A DNA stretch of 64,000 nucleotides from assembly GCA_002245135.1 (NCBI GenBank), contig NGBS01000297.1:186001-250000 (forward strand), in the 5' to 3' direction. How positions within the stretch are numbered: position 1 is the stretch's first letter; each line of letters begins with the position of its first letter. Below, in pieces: positions 15,699-30,000 of the stretch. The notes under the pieces are model-generated. The model was not told the origin of the DNA. It did not search any database and saw only the letters and a program-made list of their open reading frames with translations. The translations under genes were made by a program, and so were the position numbers. The DNA comes from Proteromonas lacertae (lineage: Eukaryota).

Positions 15699-18084
15699 CA
15701 ACAAAAGAAATATTATAATATAGAATTATATACATTATTTCTTCAATTTCAGATATTACAGTTATTCTTGATTTATCATAAAATCTCATAATATTCTAAT
15801 CAGATAAACAATAGTAAAAATGATATACATACATTATATAAGTTACTTAAACTATCAAAATCATTTCCAATTATGTTATTGTCATTAATAAACTGATTTA
15901 TATCTTTATGTATACCATCAGTTGTATTAATATATTTGATTGAGTTAGTAAATATATCACTATACAATAATAGTGTTTATAATATACACATATTCTTTAC
16001 ACTTCATTTGAAGTTCTGAAATTGTTACTTTTAACGATGTTTCTAATTGCTAATAATATAATAAAATAATAGTATATATATTATATACAGATAAATAAGA
16101 TGGAATATCACTCAATTCAATATCTTCACTATGAAGTGATGATTCTATACTATTCACTGCTTGTTTAAGAGATTTTAAAATATCATAATTATTAGTATTT
16201 ATTATATTCAATATTGAATTAATAGATATTCTATAAATATAATATTATGGATAAATATATACAGTTTCTTATTAATAATTTCATTTTGTTCTTTGTATAT
16301 CTCATCATAATGATGTTGAACTTCCTATTAATACATAATACACTATAATACAGTATAGAGTGTATTTAATTCATTTAATGTATAACCGTCATTAATGTTT
16401 ATTGAGTTACAATATGATTCTAACTGAATATATTCATTATTATCATATGACTCAGCAAAACACTTCAATTCCTTTCTATTTAGATAAATACATTATGAAA
16501 TATACAATAAATGATTAATAATTGATTTTATTTCAATTATTACTTGCAATTCCATTTCATTTATATCTTTCATTTTGTTATATATATCACTAACAGTAAG
16601 AAGGCTAGAGAGGCTTGACTGTATTTCATTGATTGTTGAATTGTATTTGGTATATATCTTTGGGAATATTTCTATATATTTCCCTTGTTCTTTACATTTA
16701 TCACTATTATAGAATAATGATTATTATACATTATATTGATTAATTCAATCTTTGAATCATTATATATCTTATACAACTCACTTAATAATGCTAAATTCAA
16801 TCTGTTATTATTATCACTGTAGTATTTCTGTATTGATTTTAGTGTTTCTTTCTTAGAATTGTCAATATTCTCATTCTTTATATCATCTGATATATTTACA
16901 CTATATATATATATATATAATTATTTCTATTATACATTTCTCTCTTCATATATTCATTCAATTCATTCTCTAATTCAAATCTCTTTGTGTTTATTATTAC
17001 ACCTTCATCTTTTTCATTATTATTAATATTCAATACTAATTCTCTATATTCTCTTATTATTGGTAATGGAATATCTTTCAATGATTCAATTACACTAATA
17101 TCATCTATATATGATTCAGTATTAGTTATTTCTTGAATGTATTTGTTACAATAATTTTCATCATTTTTATGAGATGAATATACTATTCAATATATAAATA
17201 TAATTATAAATATAAATTAATACTTTTCAGTAATTCGATTATTTTACAGATTTCGATTCTTTTATTTACTTCTTTTTCTATTATTAATTTTAATATTTCT
17301 TTTAACATATAGGGACTGTCTTTACTTACTTCATATTCACATCTCATTATTTTATCAACATCTTCATCTTTAAATAAATCTTCCCCAATTATATATTTAT
17401 AAAGTAATAAACCATAATTCCATTTATCTACACTTATATCTAGCTCTTTATTACTCAATTCTTCTGGACTTAAATATTTTGTTAATTTCTTTTTTACATT
17501 ATTCTTTCGAATGTAAATCAACCCATAATCACATATTTTGATTTTATCACTTACTTTATCATATAAAATATTCGATGGAGTTAAATTCGAATGAATTATT
17601 TTGTTGTTATGTAATTCTAATAATCCTTCTCCTATTTCAATCAGATGTCTTTCTATATCAGGTGAGTGAATATCTGCTGAATATATCTCATAATATGGTC
17701 TAACTGTGAATAATTGCATAATATTTGGTAAAAATAACAACTTCTTTGCAGATAATGTAAATACACCTAAATCTTCACAAAATAATTGATTCTAAAAATT
17801 ATATTTTGATTAAATATACAAGTTCAGATAATTCTTTTTCTTCCAAAACATGGCTTAGATTAAATACCTTCAATACCCCAGCTGTCTCAGAATTTTCTTC
17901 TCCGCCCACTACATGATACGTATTTTCACTTGTAGACTGATACAAAATGCTGATATTCTACAGATTAGACAGAAATCAATACTCTGTAATCTAAATCATC
18001 TGATAAAGATTTCTATGATGGTATAATGATTGATGTTAATACAAAATCAAATTTATTTTTCGAATAATCCTTTGAGTCAAACAT
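13131..18084 (-). CDS. Pseudokinase plus long helical tail (array gene 4)
   Basis: ATG 18084. N-lobe ..AGVLKVF; C-lobe HSNLTPSN/DYG/YLSPE. Intron 17183-17223 joins in frame to helical exons; last exon KLLESFSS* ends at 13131. Probable 1-nt indel near 18072. Confidence 0.7.
17221..17714. repeat. Kinase C-lobe block, copy B
   Basis: Matches 12163-12656. Confidence 0.95.
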
Positions 18085-18199
18085 TATTTTTAAAAAAGTG
18101 ATAGAAAAGCTTGAATTATGTTTGACAAATATTTTCTTAACAAAAACATGTTAATATAAGGCAATAATAAGTATAAACATTATAATAAAATAGACTACT

Positions 18200-21100
18200 T
18201 CACTTTGCTGTACTATTATCTTGTTTTTCCCCATCTTCTACTGAATCTTTTTCAGAAGAAGGAAGACTAGGGATATCAACATTAGCAGAAGTAGGATTAG
18301 GAACACAAGATTTATTTTCTTCTTTTTCTTTTTGTAATTCTTTTGATTGATTTTCAGTTGAAGGATGTATAATATTTTCAGTTGATTCAATTGAATGAGG
18401 TTGTTCTTCATCTATTAATTGCTTTTCATTTTGTTTTTCTACTTTCCCATTTGAACCTTTTTGCTTAGCACCTTGTTGTAGAGTAGAAGGAATATCACTA
18501 AGAATAACTTTCATTATAACATCATCAAGAATTTTCTTTACAATTAATTCTACTTGTTCCTCATCTGGTTCTACATCTTCTGTTTTTACAATTTCTCCAC
18601 CTTTAACTACTTCCTCTTCAGTGATTATTTCTTCATCATTTTCAGCAACTGGAATAAGTGGAACATCAGGTTCATTACTTTTATATATCTTAATTGCATT
18701 CTAATCAATTATAGATTAAACATTTTATACTTTCATTGTTTTTAATAATTCATGTAATGACAATTTATTTATATCTTCTACACCTTTGAGTATTACACTC
18801 TTCTTCTCTTCAGGACAACTGCTTATATACTTAATAATAGATAATCTAAAACTATCAATACATTTAAGAAATTCCTAAAGTAATGATAAAATAATCTATA
18901 TACTTCATATTCTTTTAATGAAGATATGGATAATTGATTTTTGTATTTATCAGTGTTTATTTCATTCACTTTATTCGTCAATTCTTCTTTCTTTTCTTTT
19001 AATTCTTCAAATGAAAAAGATATCACTCCAAAATCTGTTTCTTCAAATATCTTTACATCTTCTTTTGTTAATGCTTGTTGTTTATTCATAATTTCAACAA
19101 TTTCATTTTTATAATCTTTCTCATCACTTTTGTATTTCTCTATTAATTTAGTTATTTCCATTGTATTTTTTGGAATTTCAATAATCAATTTTTCACTTTT
19201 GTATTGTTTAATTCTTTCACATACTTCATTAATTTCTGAATAATATCTAGCAATACATCTTCTTATTTCAGTTCTACAATTATCTAGATTAGAATTAAAC
19301 ATCTATAATAATAAATAATTGTGATATATACTTTATATGTTGTTAGATGATCCATTCTTCTAGTTCCATTGATTAATGCTTGAAAATCATCATAAGTACT
19401 CAAAAATGTATTAATTAAATTATCATCTAGATTTGGTATAACAATAGTTTTGTTCTTTAATATATCATAAAAGCCATTATTCTTTTCACTATTTATTTAT
19501 AAATAAAGTCTATATACATTTCCACTGTAATTAATATAATAACAGAATCTTTAATTTCTTTTAATAATGATAGGCTTTTCTATAAGAATTACATAATGAA
19601 CTATTCTATACAATATAATTCAATAAATGTTGTTTTATATCAACTTCATTTTTGATTGCTTTATTGTAATCACTCATTCTTTCCTTTAACTTTTCATTCC
19701 CCAATAATTGTTGATATTCTTTTACATTCTTTTGATTTTCTTTTATTCTATCTATTACTTCTTTCTTGAATTTCTATAAAATAAAATAAAAATAATAATA
19801 AATACATCTTCATTCTCTAGAAGTTTAGATAATGTAGTTTTATCAGGAAATATGATTATTTCATGTATAGTTTTTTCTATTTCTTCATTCTTGATATACT
19901 CAGCTTTCTTCTTAAAAACTTCATATTCATTACTATATAATTATAAATAATACGTTTGATACTTCATATCAAGTATGTTATTCTTTTCTGTATTAATTGC
20001 TTCAACAATACTATTATATAAAACCAATATGCCATCCAAATCCTCATCCTTTTTACTGTTCAAATCATCTGATAACTTTTGGTATAATTCATTTGAACAA
20101 CTATTTCCTCTAAAAATTAAAGTCACTATTTATACAATAAATCTCTACATTTATTCTTCAATTTCTCATTTACATTAACCAAATCTTTCATTATATCTTG
20201 TTTAACTGTAATTGTAGATAATAATGTCTTATCTTTTTCAATATCTTGAAGCGCTTTAAATACTTTCTCAGTGAGTGATGGATTTAATATATTGATAATA
20301 TTGTTTTTATCTCTTTCTACAACATCTTTTAAACCATTTCTTAATAAAAATAGAAATATTTAATTATACAAATAATTGTTTAATTCACTATATTGTATAG
20401 TTTCCATGTCATCATAACCATTCCTAATACACTAATAAATAAACATATAAAAGCAATACTGAATATTTATCTGAAATACTAGTCAATGTATCTATATAAT
20501 CAACTTTATTACTTATTTTGAATGTCTCAATTTGTTTATATAAATCATCTTCGTTTGATAATTTTCCTTTGACAATATCCAATTTATCACTACAATATAA
20601 TACTAAAACAGCAAATGTATATACAATATTGATTTACATTCTTTCTTTATAATATCAATTGATATACTGGTTATTTCATCTAAACTTCTCAATATGTTAG
20701 GTATAGCAATAAAAACTGATTCTCCATAACTATTAAAACTATTATACACTTCAGTAATTCTATTTTGTTGATCTTTAATTCCATCAAAAGTAAGTGAATC
20801 AATAGAATCTTTTATATGTTTTCTATTAAGAATAATACAAATTATAATATACATTTTATCTTTTATTATATCAATGTAATGATTTTTAATATCATTACAA
20901 AATGTGCTTATTTTCTATTTGATAAATACTAGTATAATAATACAACATATAAATCGCATAACAATTTCATTCCACTAACGTTTTGTGAATTGTTTTCACT
21001 GTTACTACAGAATTTAGATATTTTATTTTTGTAATGATCATCACTATTTATACATTTTGCTATATCTTTCAGTGATTCTCTATTACATTATTAAATTACA

Positions 21101-23797
21101 AATACAATAAGTCGGATGATTTTTTCTTTATTCTTTCAACAGCTTTTTCTCTAATACCTTTTAATACCTATATCAATTAAATAATTATTAAATACATTCT
21201 TCTCATTAAATATATCTCCAACCTTCTTATATTCATCAACTCTTGTGTGAATAACTTCAATTGCTGGAATTAATTCTTCTTTTATATCTGGCAATAATTC
21301 TAAAGTATTCAACATGTTGATTATTCCATTACTATTTAACATAGATATTTATTATACCCTATATCTTTTACATTTTTCTTTGATTCTTCTAATATATTGT
21401 TATACTCTTTCGGTATTAACTATTAATAAAGATATAGAATTATATACATCATAATATTCACAGATTGACAAATTTTCTAGTTTATCCTGATCTATACTTT
21501 CAAATAGCCTTCTTAACTCATTTTTTATTTCATCATTATTAATATTTACATTCCCTAAATCTGATTTTATATTTTCACTATAAAAATAGATTAATACAAA
21601 TTTATACATTACTGGATTTATTTCTTCCTTAACTGTATTAATTACTGTTTCTTTCCTTTCATTTAACTCCTAATACATATAAACAATTCATATATACATT
21701 GTCAAACCTATCTACCAACTCCTTTCTCATCATTTTATGTAATGGTTCTATTGACTCTTTCAAATATGTTTTAAAATCATTTAAAAATGGACAATCCATT
21801 TCTTTCATATTCTCATCTATTATTCTTTGATATTCATATCTATTTCACAATAAACATTAATCATAATATACATTGATGATTCTAAATCATTTCTCTTCTT
21901 CATCACATTTCCATAATTTTTATCATAATAATAAAACTCTATTTCAGTTTTTCTACTTTTCTTTACTATTTCATCTCCATTTGATAATACTTCTATTTCA
22001 TTATGAATGTAATTATAATTGTTTTCTATTATCTTAATCAGTCTATTTACGTTTTCACTCTTTGTTATGGGTTTAGATAGTATTATTTGGAATTTTTTTA
22101 TTAAGGTATATAGCTGATTCAGTAATGGAGATATTTCTTTTTCTTTTAATTTTGATTCTCTATGTCAAATATAATACAACAATTATTATACATTCTTTCA
22201 ATTCTCTTTTTCATTTCATCAACATTTATTTCATTTCCTTCATTTATATCCTTCAATTTGTTCATTTCATCGATTATACAATCATCCATTTGTCTTAATA
22301 TCTCTTTATCATCTTCTTTTATTTTCTTCCTTTTTATATTCAACATTAAATAATTCAAACACTTCAACTCAGTTTCTATCTCTAATTCAGGTATTGATAT
22401 TATATTATTCATCACATCTTCATTATCTTCATTTACTATTCTATATTTCCATTTACCTTCTTCAATTAAACCATAATAACTATTTCCATAACTGATATCT
22501 TCATCCATGTTTATTGTTCGATTGATCTTTGTTTCATTTTCTATACTCTTCAAATATTCTTCTATTGTTGTTTGTAATAACGGAATTCTTAAACTTCCTC
22601 CTACTATTACTACTTCAATTAATCTCTTTTCTTCATTAGATATTTTACTCTCATTTAATACTGCTTTTATTCCTTCTTTTAGTTCTTTGTCTATTCCATT
22701 CTTCTTTACTAAATCATTTAATTCATTTACACTGAATGTTGAGTCAAAATCATCATCTCCTAAATCAATTGAAACATTTATCTAATTAAAATAGAATAAC
22801 AATATAGAATATTTATATATATTATATTTATACATCACTAGCTCCTTGAGCACTTAGTTTTTCTTTCATCTTTATTATCTCATTCTTCACTTTTAGATAA
22901 TTCTTTTCTTTTCCTACTTCAAATATATCTATTTTCATCTCATCTTCAATCATTTCTCTAAAATGATTTATTAATATATTATCTATTCTCATTCCACATA
23001 AATCATTTATGGTTTTAGTTTGGATTATTTTTACTTCATTCTTTCCATATTCATTTAAACAAATATTCGTTTTTAAATAACCCATATCTACAAATAATAC
23101 TTTCTTTTTACTTTCTTCATCAACAAATTTCGAATCATTTTCATATCCAAAACATAAACTACATGATAAATATTCAGGAATTATTTCTACTTTCTTAAAT
23201 CCATTTGATTCGAAGATTCTTCTCAATAATTCGATTTGATAGTTGTTATAATCACATGGAACTGATAAGATACACTTGATTTTATCCACATTATTCTTTT
23301 CTTTTATATATTCATATATGTGATTTGCATAACTACTGTATATATCATTCACATTTAATATCTTTTCACCTAATCCTATATTATGGATTTTAAATCCTAT
23401 CTCATCATTTTCTAATTCTATTATTGATTCAGGATAGTGAGAGTGATTTTTGAGAATTTCACTAATTTCACTGAATTTCTTTCCAAATAAATCTTTGATT
23501 GTCGTTATTACATTCTTGAAATTTTTAACTGCCTAATAACAATATATATAAGTTAATATAGAATAGAATAGAATATACAGTGGTACTTTTACCAAATAAT
23601 CGATTATTTGTCATATCAATGAATAATCTATTTAATAATAAACATAATCATAATCAATACTGAGTTTTCTTTTGACTGTAAACATCTTCTATGATTTTTG
23701 GAACTATTGGTTCAATTCTATTATCATATCCACTTAATACATAATTATTTCCTCCAAAATCTATCCCAATAGTAAATGAATTGTCAATATCCGACAT
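18200..23797 (-). CDS. Divergent Hsp110-like NBD plus helical region and acidic low-complexity tail (array gene 5)
   Basis: ATG 23797 MSDIDNSFTIGIDFGGNN. NBD nearly identical to that of gene 3. Spliceable helical exons run to the stop at 18200. Confidence 0.75.
22145..23761. repeat. Hsp110-NBD block copy in gene 5
   Basis: Matches 10330-11942 with scattered SNPs and two short divergent patches. Confidence 0.95.
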
Positions 23798-24036
23798 GAA
23801 AATGACAAAAATAGCTTTTGAAAGCTTGATAGGTTTGAAATTAAATTCTATTTTTTATGTTGTTAGAAAGCGCAGTCATCAATAATAATTTTCACAAATA
23901 TTTTACTAGCAAAGAGACACATGATTATGCAATAAAAGAAGTTGCTGTAAAAACTACAAATATGAATTGTACAGTTAAATATAAAGCGAATATCATCAAA
24001 AATTCATAAATTTGTGTTAATTAAATACTATTATAA

Positions 24037-27000
24037 TTATAATGGGATTTCATCATATGAATTTGATGGACCATTCTCATCAAAACATTTTTCAAACGAT
24101 TTTTCAAGCCTTTCTAAGTTCTTTTTCCATAAATCATCGCTGCTACTTATATTCTCAACTTTATTGATAAATTGCTTCATTTCTTCCATAATTTCATAAT
24201 CTTCCTCAACCAAAACCTTTTCTCTCAAGTATTTTTTAAAGTCTTTCAAAACATGTTTCATTTTATTTCTTAGCTGAATTTGAATCTATTTTATATGAAT
24301 AAAATATGGAATATACAAAATGAGGTGTTATGAAAAACTGACTGATTTGTTCTTCATTAAATATATGACTATTTATAATAATATATATAGTAATAATACC
24401 TATTACACAGATCATCGATTATTTGAAGTGGTTCTTTACTTTTATCTATATCATAATAAGTAGCATTGTGTTTCATATATAACTCTTTCAATCTGGTTAT
24501 AAAGAAAGGAGTTTGGTTGATTGGTAAATCAATTTCAACATCCAAAGTATCTTCTATTTCTTCATGCTTTTCTATATGATCTTTTAATCTTAATAGAACA
24601 TCCAGTTTAATATTTAATAAGTAATTAAGATATTTGTATGATAATACATTATCTGCTAATGATGATAATAGTCTATTGATGTTTTGATATGGTTTAACAT
24701 ATGGTTTTAAATATTCTCTATGATGAATGAATGAATTAATCAATTAATATACATCAAAAAGCGAATATCTATCATTACATTATTATCTCTTTTTTCATAA
24801 TCATCCTATTATATTGTTATAATAAACAAAAAAAAATACTAAGCTATCTAAATCAATAAAATTCATCAATTCTTCTTCTGTAATATTCAATAACATTTGT
24901 CTTACAATTAATCTGGGAGGAATAGTTTCATCATATGGAATTGGAGGTAAGTTATATGATTTACATATATCATTAATATAATCTGAGAATTCTTTTGTCA
25001 TAACTGCTGGTATATCCACTGTAAATTGAGGAACATATATATCTCCCTATTCACATAAATAATACAATAATTATAAATATTTATACTCCTGCTTCTATTG
25101 ATATTTTACATTTTAATAACTCATCACAGCAATGAAGCATCATTATTCCACTCATCTTTTCAAAATAATCTTCATCCATTGAATCAAGTTTCTTACTCAA
25201 TGCATTCTTGATTCTATTATCCATGCTTAAAATACTTATCTTTAAAAACTGAATATTCTGCTTTAAAAACATTTTATTATTCTCTATTCCATCCAACTGT
25301 TCTAATTTGAAGTATTTCTTTATTTCATCTCTGCTGGTTCTATTGATAATATAATTAATAACAATTTATACTGAATCAATAATTGTCTAACAATAATAGC
25401 AGGTGATATTTTTATAATGATTATAACTTCAGGGAGATTGAATGTAACAGATACTAGTTTAACATACTCTTTGAAAATGTCATTTAAATCTGTAGGAATA
25501 TTTATCTGATATATTGGAATATTCAACTCTGGTTGTTTATAAAAAATAGCTCTTTTCAACGATGAAATATTCTTATACATCGCTTGAAGTTCTTGTGGAG
25601 ATAGACTCTTAATATCAACTGATTGTAGAGATAATATGAATAATTTCATTAACCTTTTCTCTTTTTCAGTATAACCAAAAGTCTTCACTAGTTGTGATTT
25701 GTTGAAGTTCATTTCTAATACAATAAACAATAATAATAAAAATATATACATATTACTAACAATTGTAGATGGAAGTTCTTCTTTATTCAATAACTATTAT
25801 GCATTATATTATACTATATTATATACAATAACATTATCAGTGAATTTATCTATTGCTTTTTTTACACTTAGTTTTTTATCTTCTGTTATATTTGATATTT
25901 TCAATCTTAATCCATTCAATTCAGATAATAAGTTTGATTTTTCTTCTTTGCTAAGATCCGAGAGTGTTGATTTTGTTACTTAATTCATTACTACAACAAT
26001 ACATCAGTTTATATTATATACCATATTATCATATCACTCAAGTATTCTTTAGCTAAATCACCACATACATTATAATCACATTCATGATTTGACTTTACAA
26101 AGAATAAAATATTGTTGATCATAGTTGACAATGATTTATAACCACCTTCATTCATTGTTCTATTATCAAGTTCATCTTTAATGAATGCTGCAAGATAATA
26201 ATTATCTTTTGAACATGTGTTTGAATACTCAACAACAAAATTACTATTATGAATATTCATATAAATTATATACGCCAATGAAGCCTAGATTACTCTTAAA
26301 CATTTTAGATCTCACTTCTTCATCAATACACAACTCCTATTTATTAATAATTCTAATACATTATTATACACTAATTGTTTCTTTAATCTCTACAATCATT
26401 CTCTTTAAAGATTGACTAGTTCCTGTATTAAGTTTATAAAATGGTAATAAAGAATATAAATAACCTATCTGATAATCTGGAAATTTGATTTCTATTTCTG
26501 AAATAAGTCTTGAACAATCAACTCTATTGAAAATATAAACAACAAGCAAATATACAGAAGTTTAATAATATCATCATTTTCTTGTATGATTTGATTGATA
26601 TAATTCGACATTAATTTATAATAATTACTCCATATTATCTTATAATAATAAGTAAATGAATTCTCACTAAATGGAGTGGTTTTAAACTGCATATTAATAT
26701 TATCACTATCTGGATAATGGAAATATGTCAATAGCAACAATATTAAATTTTGACGATCTAATAATGGAGTTGGATTGAAATAAGTAATTTGTTGATCGAT
26801 TAATTGAGAAAACTCTTCTTCTGAATATAATGAATGATTCTTCAATTGAGAAATAGTGGCTTGATATATTTGTGTAATTAATTGAAATAATGATGGTAAA
26901 ACAGTTGCATCAGTATTTGATAGTATTGTATTTAGGCAATGTCTATATATTATTATATTTATATTGACTAAAATACCCATAACTGTAATTGAATAAAAAT

Positions 27001-30000
27001 GTGATCTTTATGTTTATTAAATTAGTAAAATTACTCTACAATTATCACAATAACAAAACAAAATATACAGAAAATGATTGAATCATTCTATTTTCCCAAT
27101 TTACTGATTCTTCAACAGTAGGAAATGGTTTAAATTCTCCAAGTATTGGTAGATGATCCACATTATGAACAGTTAAATAACTCTTAAATAATCCACTATG
27201 AATATTAATAGAAATAATAATATATACTATAATCTATAACAATGCTCATTCTGTGCTTTGATTTCTTCACATTTTTTAACAGATAACTAATACATAAAAT
27301 ATAATTATGTATATATAATACATTGATTTTATCTGTAAGAGACTGAACTTCTTTTTGAATTCCGACAATATCATTTAATTCACATGTTTCACATTTATTC
27401 TGTAATTCATTAATTGGTTGTGTATAAGCGTTAATTAAGTCAGGATACTGTGATATTGATTCAGTCAAAACATTTCTATACATAATAATTATTAATAAAA
27501 CATAATAATACAATTGTTTTTTAAAATCATTTCTTGTTGCTTTAATCTTCAAATCTAATAATATACTATGTAACTCATCAATTTCTTGTAGTTTTAATTC
27601 ATATTCTTCCTTTGATATTATCATCATTTTATTGTTGTTAATCCATTCTGTTACACCAGCTACTCTTGCACTAATTGGTTCATACACTAATTTATCTAAT
27701 CCCATCATATGAGAATTCATATCTATCCATTTCTTAGAAATATCCTCTTTCCATATTCCTTGTTCTTTTATCATCTAATTACAATAATACTAATAAGAAA
27801 AAATACTTCTATATCATTCTTTACATCCTCAAAATCACTTTCTTTTATTCCATCATAATTTGTCTCTTCCATTTTATTAAAACTTTCATACAATTCTCTC
27901 AATTTATTTGGTATAGAATTTATAACAGGTTCTTCTGTTTGTGGATATTGTGAATCAAATTCATGAAGTTGTTTTAATAATTCTACTGCTATTGATCTTA
28001 GATAATTTCTATAATTATTAATCAAATCCTATATTATATAATCAGAGTTGAATATTATACTTCTATTTCTTTACACTCTTTAAATAATTGAATAAGTGCT
28101 TTATATGGTGGATTGTTGATGACTTTTGTTTCATAATACTGTTTATTCAAATCTTGATATTGTTTATTTAAATTCTCAACTGATTCTATAGTTATATTAT
28201 CTTTATTACAGGTGTGATAAATAAATAAATAAAGCTCAATTTCTTTACATAATGAATCTCTTTCTTGTGCAACTTCATTCAGTTTATTCTTTGCATGAAC
28301 AACTAAATCTCTTATATTTCTATTATAATCTAAATATTGAGTTAATATATTCTGTATATGATCTGTATTTGATTCATTTATTTCACATTCTTTCAATTCT
28401 GCTTTACATTCTTCTATTTGTCTTACTACTGAGTTTCTGTAGGGATGATTTGTTGGTAATACTTTTAATATACCATTCAATTCTTCTCTATATATAATAA
28501 TAATATAAAAATATAAACAAATATAAATATTATACAATTCTTTATTTCCTGTTTGAATCAAATCTTGTAAGTAATTGTTATTACCTTCAATTAATTCATA
28601 AAACAGATTCTTATAATCTATTGGTGGGAATATTTCTTCTTTTTTAATCATTGTATTTGCTTTGATAATGATATTACGAAATTCACTTGTATATTTTGGA
28701 GGAAATGAAGCATATACTTTAGAAGATAATCTATTAATAATAATAATAGCAATGAAAAAAATACCCTAATGATGATAATCTTTTAACAAAGAACTCAACA
28801 TATTCGTTATAATCTCTTGAATATTCAAATACCAACTGCTTTAAATATTGAATATATTCAACTGTAATAATATCTTCAGCATGTTTATCCTTTTCTTTCA
28901 ATACAACTGATTCTGTAGAGAATATCCTATAATTAATAAAAGTAAGAAAATAATACAAAAATGGAACTAAAGATCTAATTGATATAAACTCATTTTCAAC
29001 AGCTGTCTTAATCTGTGGTATTAATTGAAGATCCAAAATCATCTTATCACAACATCTGAATTTGTTCTGATTTGAACACTTGAATGTATCATCAAATATA
29101 GATTTTTCGATTGATGGTAATTTTGTTACTTTATTATAATGTCTGTATAACTCCTTTATATCTTTACTATAAAACAATATCATAATATATTACAACATAT
29201 ACACTAATGCATGTATTTCACTATGAATTGATGTTTGAAAAACATTATAGGCATTATCATAATTTACTAAGAATGAGTCAATATTTAAATCTAATTGTTC
29301 CATTTTATTATCAACTATCAATACCCATTTATCAGCATATTCACTCTTAAACTGGATATATGCTTCAAACATATTGAGTTTTTCATATTTAGAGAATGTA
29401 TCATAATGTTCATTACTATTCAAATAAGCAATATATAATATTATACAAAACATCATATTTTTCTTTCAATTTATCGTATATTGACTTCTTTTCTATTAAT
29501 CTCTATACCATTAGTAAAGTAATAATAATATAAATTATTCATACTTCATATGCTTCGTTATATACTTCAATTCTATCACAAGTATTGGCTTTGTAAGTTT
29601 CAGTTAATTTTTGATGTAATTCATTACAATCACTTTTCATTTTCTCTCTTAAAACATTTGAGCAATTATCATTATTATCATTCTCTAATTCTCTTAACAT
29701 TTCATTTCTATATATATATTATAAATAATAATAATAACAACAATAATATAAATACACAGCCACTTCTATCTCATTTCTTCTACGTGATATTTCTTCGTAT
29801 GTTTTTGATATGTTTAATATCTTCATTGCATTGCTTTTATATATACTGAACAATATTTCTAAAAACTTCGGAACAGATGGTATTTGTTGATAATTATAGC
29901 ATAATGTCACTAGTTTATTATATTGTTCAGTTATTTCCATATCATCTTCTATTGTATTGTATATCTTTGAATAATTATTAAAAGGATATTCATATTTATA

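Noticed and set aside
3470..23761. Repeated blocks as transposons or LTRs
   Set aside because: They are in-frame coding domains with introns; no terminal repeats, target-site duplications, transposase or reverse transcriptase motifs were seen.
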